DNA of 63,800 nt, the filler included, from Folioceros fuciformis (Eukaryota), in the NCBI GenBank assembly GCA_049999805.1. It is 8 parts of 8 records of this genome, joined end to end, with 100 filler letters (N's around TTAATTAATTAA, not from the genome) between each part and the next. Parts side by side here need not be neighbours in the genome. Positions count along the whole stretch, not along the records: positions 61,993 to 63,800 come from JBNGIO010005411.1; 7 more parts are not named here. The stretch is one strand, 5' to 3'. Made by a program: the position numbers and the translations under genes. The notes below the pieces were generated by a model. It worked only from the letters and a program-made list of their open reading frames with translations. It did no database searches and was not told the origin of the DNA. Below are positions 61,993 to 63,800 of this stretch, piece after piece. The number at the start of each line of letters is the position of its first letter. Positions within the stretch are counted from its first letter, which is position 1.

Positions 61993-63800
61993 TGAAGGTC
62001 CAACGATTCGAAATTGGCACCCTTCCTGGTGGCAAATCCTCTAGCACCCAAGTCTCATTCTCCACCAGCGAGTTGAATTATGATCTTATGGCCTCTTGCC
62101 ACTTTTCCTTTTCTACAGATGTGATTGCCTCTTGATAGGATTGTGGTTCTCCCAAGTCTGATGCTGTTACTAAGGCCTGAGACATCATGGTTGAGTGTTG
62201 TAGGTGCCCTTCCATGGCATATGGCACTTCCTTCCACTCCAGCGGTGACGAGGTGTGTCTACGAGTTGATCTACGTGGTTGAACCACGTCTGATTCTGGT
62301 GTTGGCGGAGGCAGCTGATCCGTTGTCGTATTTGTAGGATCACTAGAGGAGCATGGTGGAGGAGAGGAGAAGAGGAGGCAGAGAGGAGAGGAGAAAAAGA
62401 GGTCACATTGAGAGTGGTTGGCAAGGGAGCTCAAGGGGGTATTTATNNNNNNNNNNNNNNNNNNNNNNNNNNNNNNNNNNNNNNNNNNNNNNNNNNNNNN
62501 NNNNNNNNNNNNNNNNNNNNNNNNNNNNNNNNNNNNNNNNNNNNNNCAAGAAGCTTCCTACAGATTAGCTTAAGCTAATCTAAACTAATGATACTTAACT
62601 AGACACTAATCTTAGACTAAACACATTAGTCTAAGCACATTAACTAGACACTAATCTTAGACTAAACACATTAGTCTAAGCACATTAACTAGACACTAAT
62701 CTTAGACTAAACACATTAGTCTAAGCACATTAACTAGACACTAATCTTAGACTAAACACATTAGCCTAAGCACATTGGGCTTTAATAACCCTACAGTATT
62801 CGGGTCTAGCTTAACTTCGTGGTCATCACCTCCCACTTGCTCAGGACGGTTGTCATAACCAGCATTTTTTGTCCCAATATCATATTGGTTTGTCATGTCA
62901 TCTTCCTCCAAGTTAGCCTCATCTTCTAGCTATTCAGTCATATCATAGGGGAATTCATGCACTTTTGAATCCAAGGTATCAGTAGCAGCTGAATCTCCTT
63001 GTTGAGTCACAAGTGGAGAAGTTGCTAAAAGTGATCTTTCATCAAATTTGCCGAATCGAGCATGTGTTACCCTACCGGTTGCTGTGTCGTACACTTTATA
63101 CCCCTTTATGCCTTCTGAATATCCCACAAAAATCATCTGCTTTGCTTTGTAGTCGAGGTTTGTTCTCTGCTCCTTGTGTATGTGCACATAGACCTTGCAC
63201 CCAAAGATCTTAAAGTGAGAGATAGCTGGCTTCTTACTCGTCCAGCGTTCGAAGGGGGTGGAGTCTTTGAAGGCTGATGTGGGAATTCGATTTTGAATGT
63301 AGGTGGCTGTGTGTACTCCCTCTGCCTAGTACCTCCTTGATAATCCCGATTGATACAGCATGGCTTTAGCTGCTTCTTGTAGATATCGATTCTTAGATTC
63401 AGCAAGTGGGTTCTGACTGGAGGTGTATGGGACAGTGATCTGCCTCCCTATACCAAGAGATCTACAGTAGTCCTGGAAGTCAATGCTGTTAAACTCCCCT
63501 CCTCCGTCACTGCGAAGAGTTTTCACCTTATTCCCAGTTTGCCTTTGTGAGAAATTCACATAATCGATAAATCTCTCAAGTGCCTCTGATTTGTGGCGCA
63601 AGAAATATGTCATTGTGAAGCGACTGTAGTCGTCCACAAGCACCATAAAATACAGTGCGCCTCCAAGTGATTGGATGAACATTGGCCCGCATAAATCTGT
63701 ATGCACCACAGCAAGGGTTTCCGTGGCTCTATTTTGCTCATGAGGCTTCTTGGCATTCTGCTTGGGGAGTTTTGCATGCACACATGCGTCACAAAGCACA
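61993..63800 (-). pseudogene. Copia integrase, linker and RT start
   Basis: VHTDLCGPM..LVDDYSRF..LRSDGGGEF; GEPQSYQEAI. Interrupted by the solo LTR at 62333-62795. Confidence 0.9.
62333..62795 (-). mobile_element. Solo LTR of the Tork-like family with four 45-bp tandem units
   Basis: TGTAGG...CCTACA termini and a perfect TSD GTATT (62328-62332, 62796-62800). Homologous to 41899-42242. Confidence 0.9.

Overview
Eukaryotic, TE-dense DNA, most plausibly from a non-seed land plant (inferred from a plant-type API5 gene with mostly ~80-130 bp introns and bryophyte/lycophyte-like retroelement families). The window is a concatenation of 8 contigs joined by artificial 100-nt linkers (44N-TTAATTAATTAA-44N), so adjacency across linkers is not biological. 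It holds one clear host gene (API5, 14 exons visible, 36736-39691, 5' exons missing). The rest is nested, decayed retroelements: several Ty1/Copia copies, Ty3/Gypsy fragments, solo LTRs with target-site duplications (TSDs), two CRE-like non-LTR RT relics, a CACTA transposase fragment and minisatellites. Most notable: (1) a Gypsy integrase ending in a PHD finger instead of a chromodomain; (2) a Copia family with a conserved extra coiled-coil ORF upstream of gag, seen in two copies; (3) an Athila-like LTR family whose solo LTRs range from 1.5 to 4.8 kb through a GC-rich GGCCGG/GGATCC tract, with two copies inserted 42 bp apart; (4) antisense extra ORFs next to polypurine tracts (PPTs), one with canonical introns. 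All family assignments come from motif recognition by eye, with no database searches.
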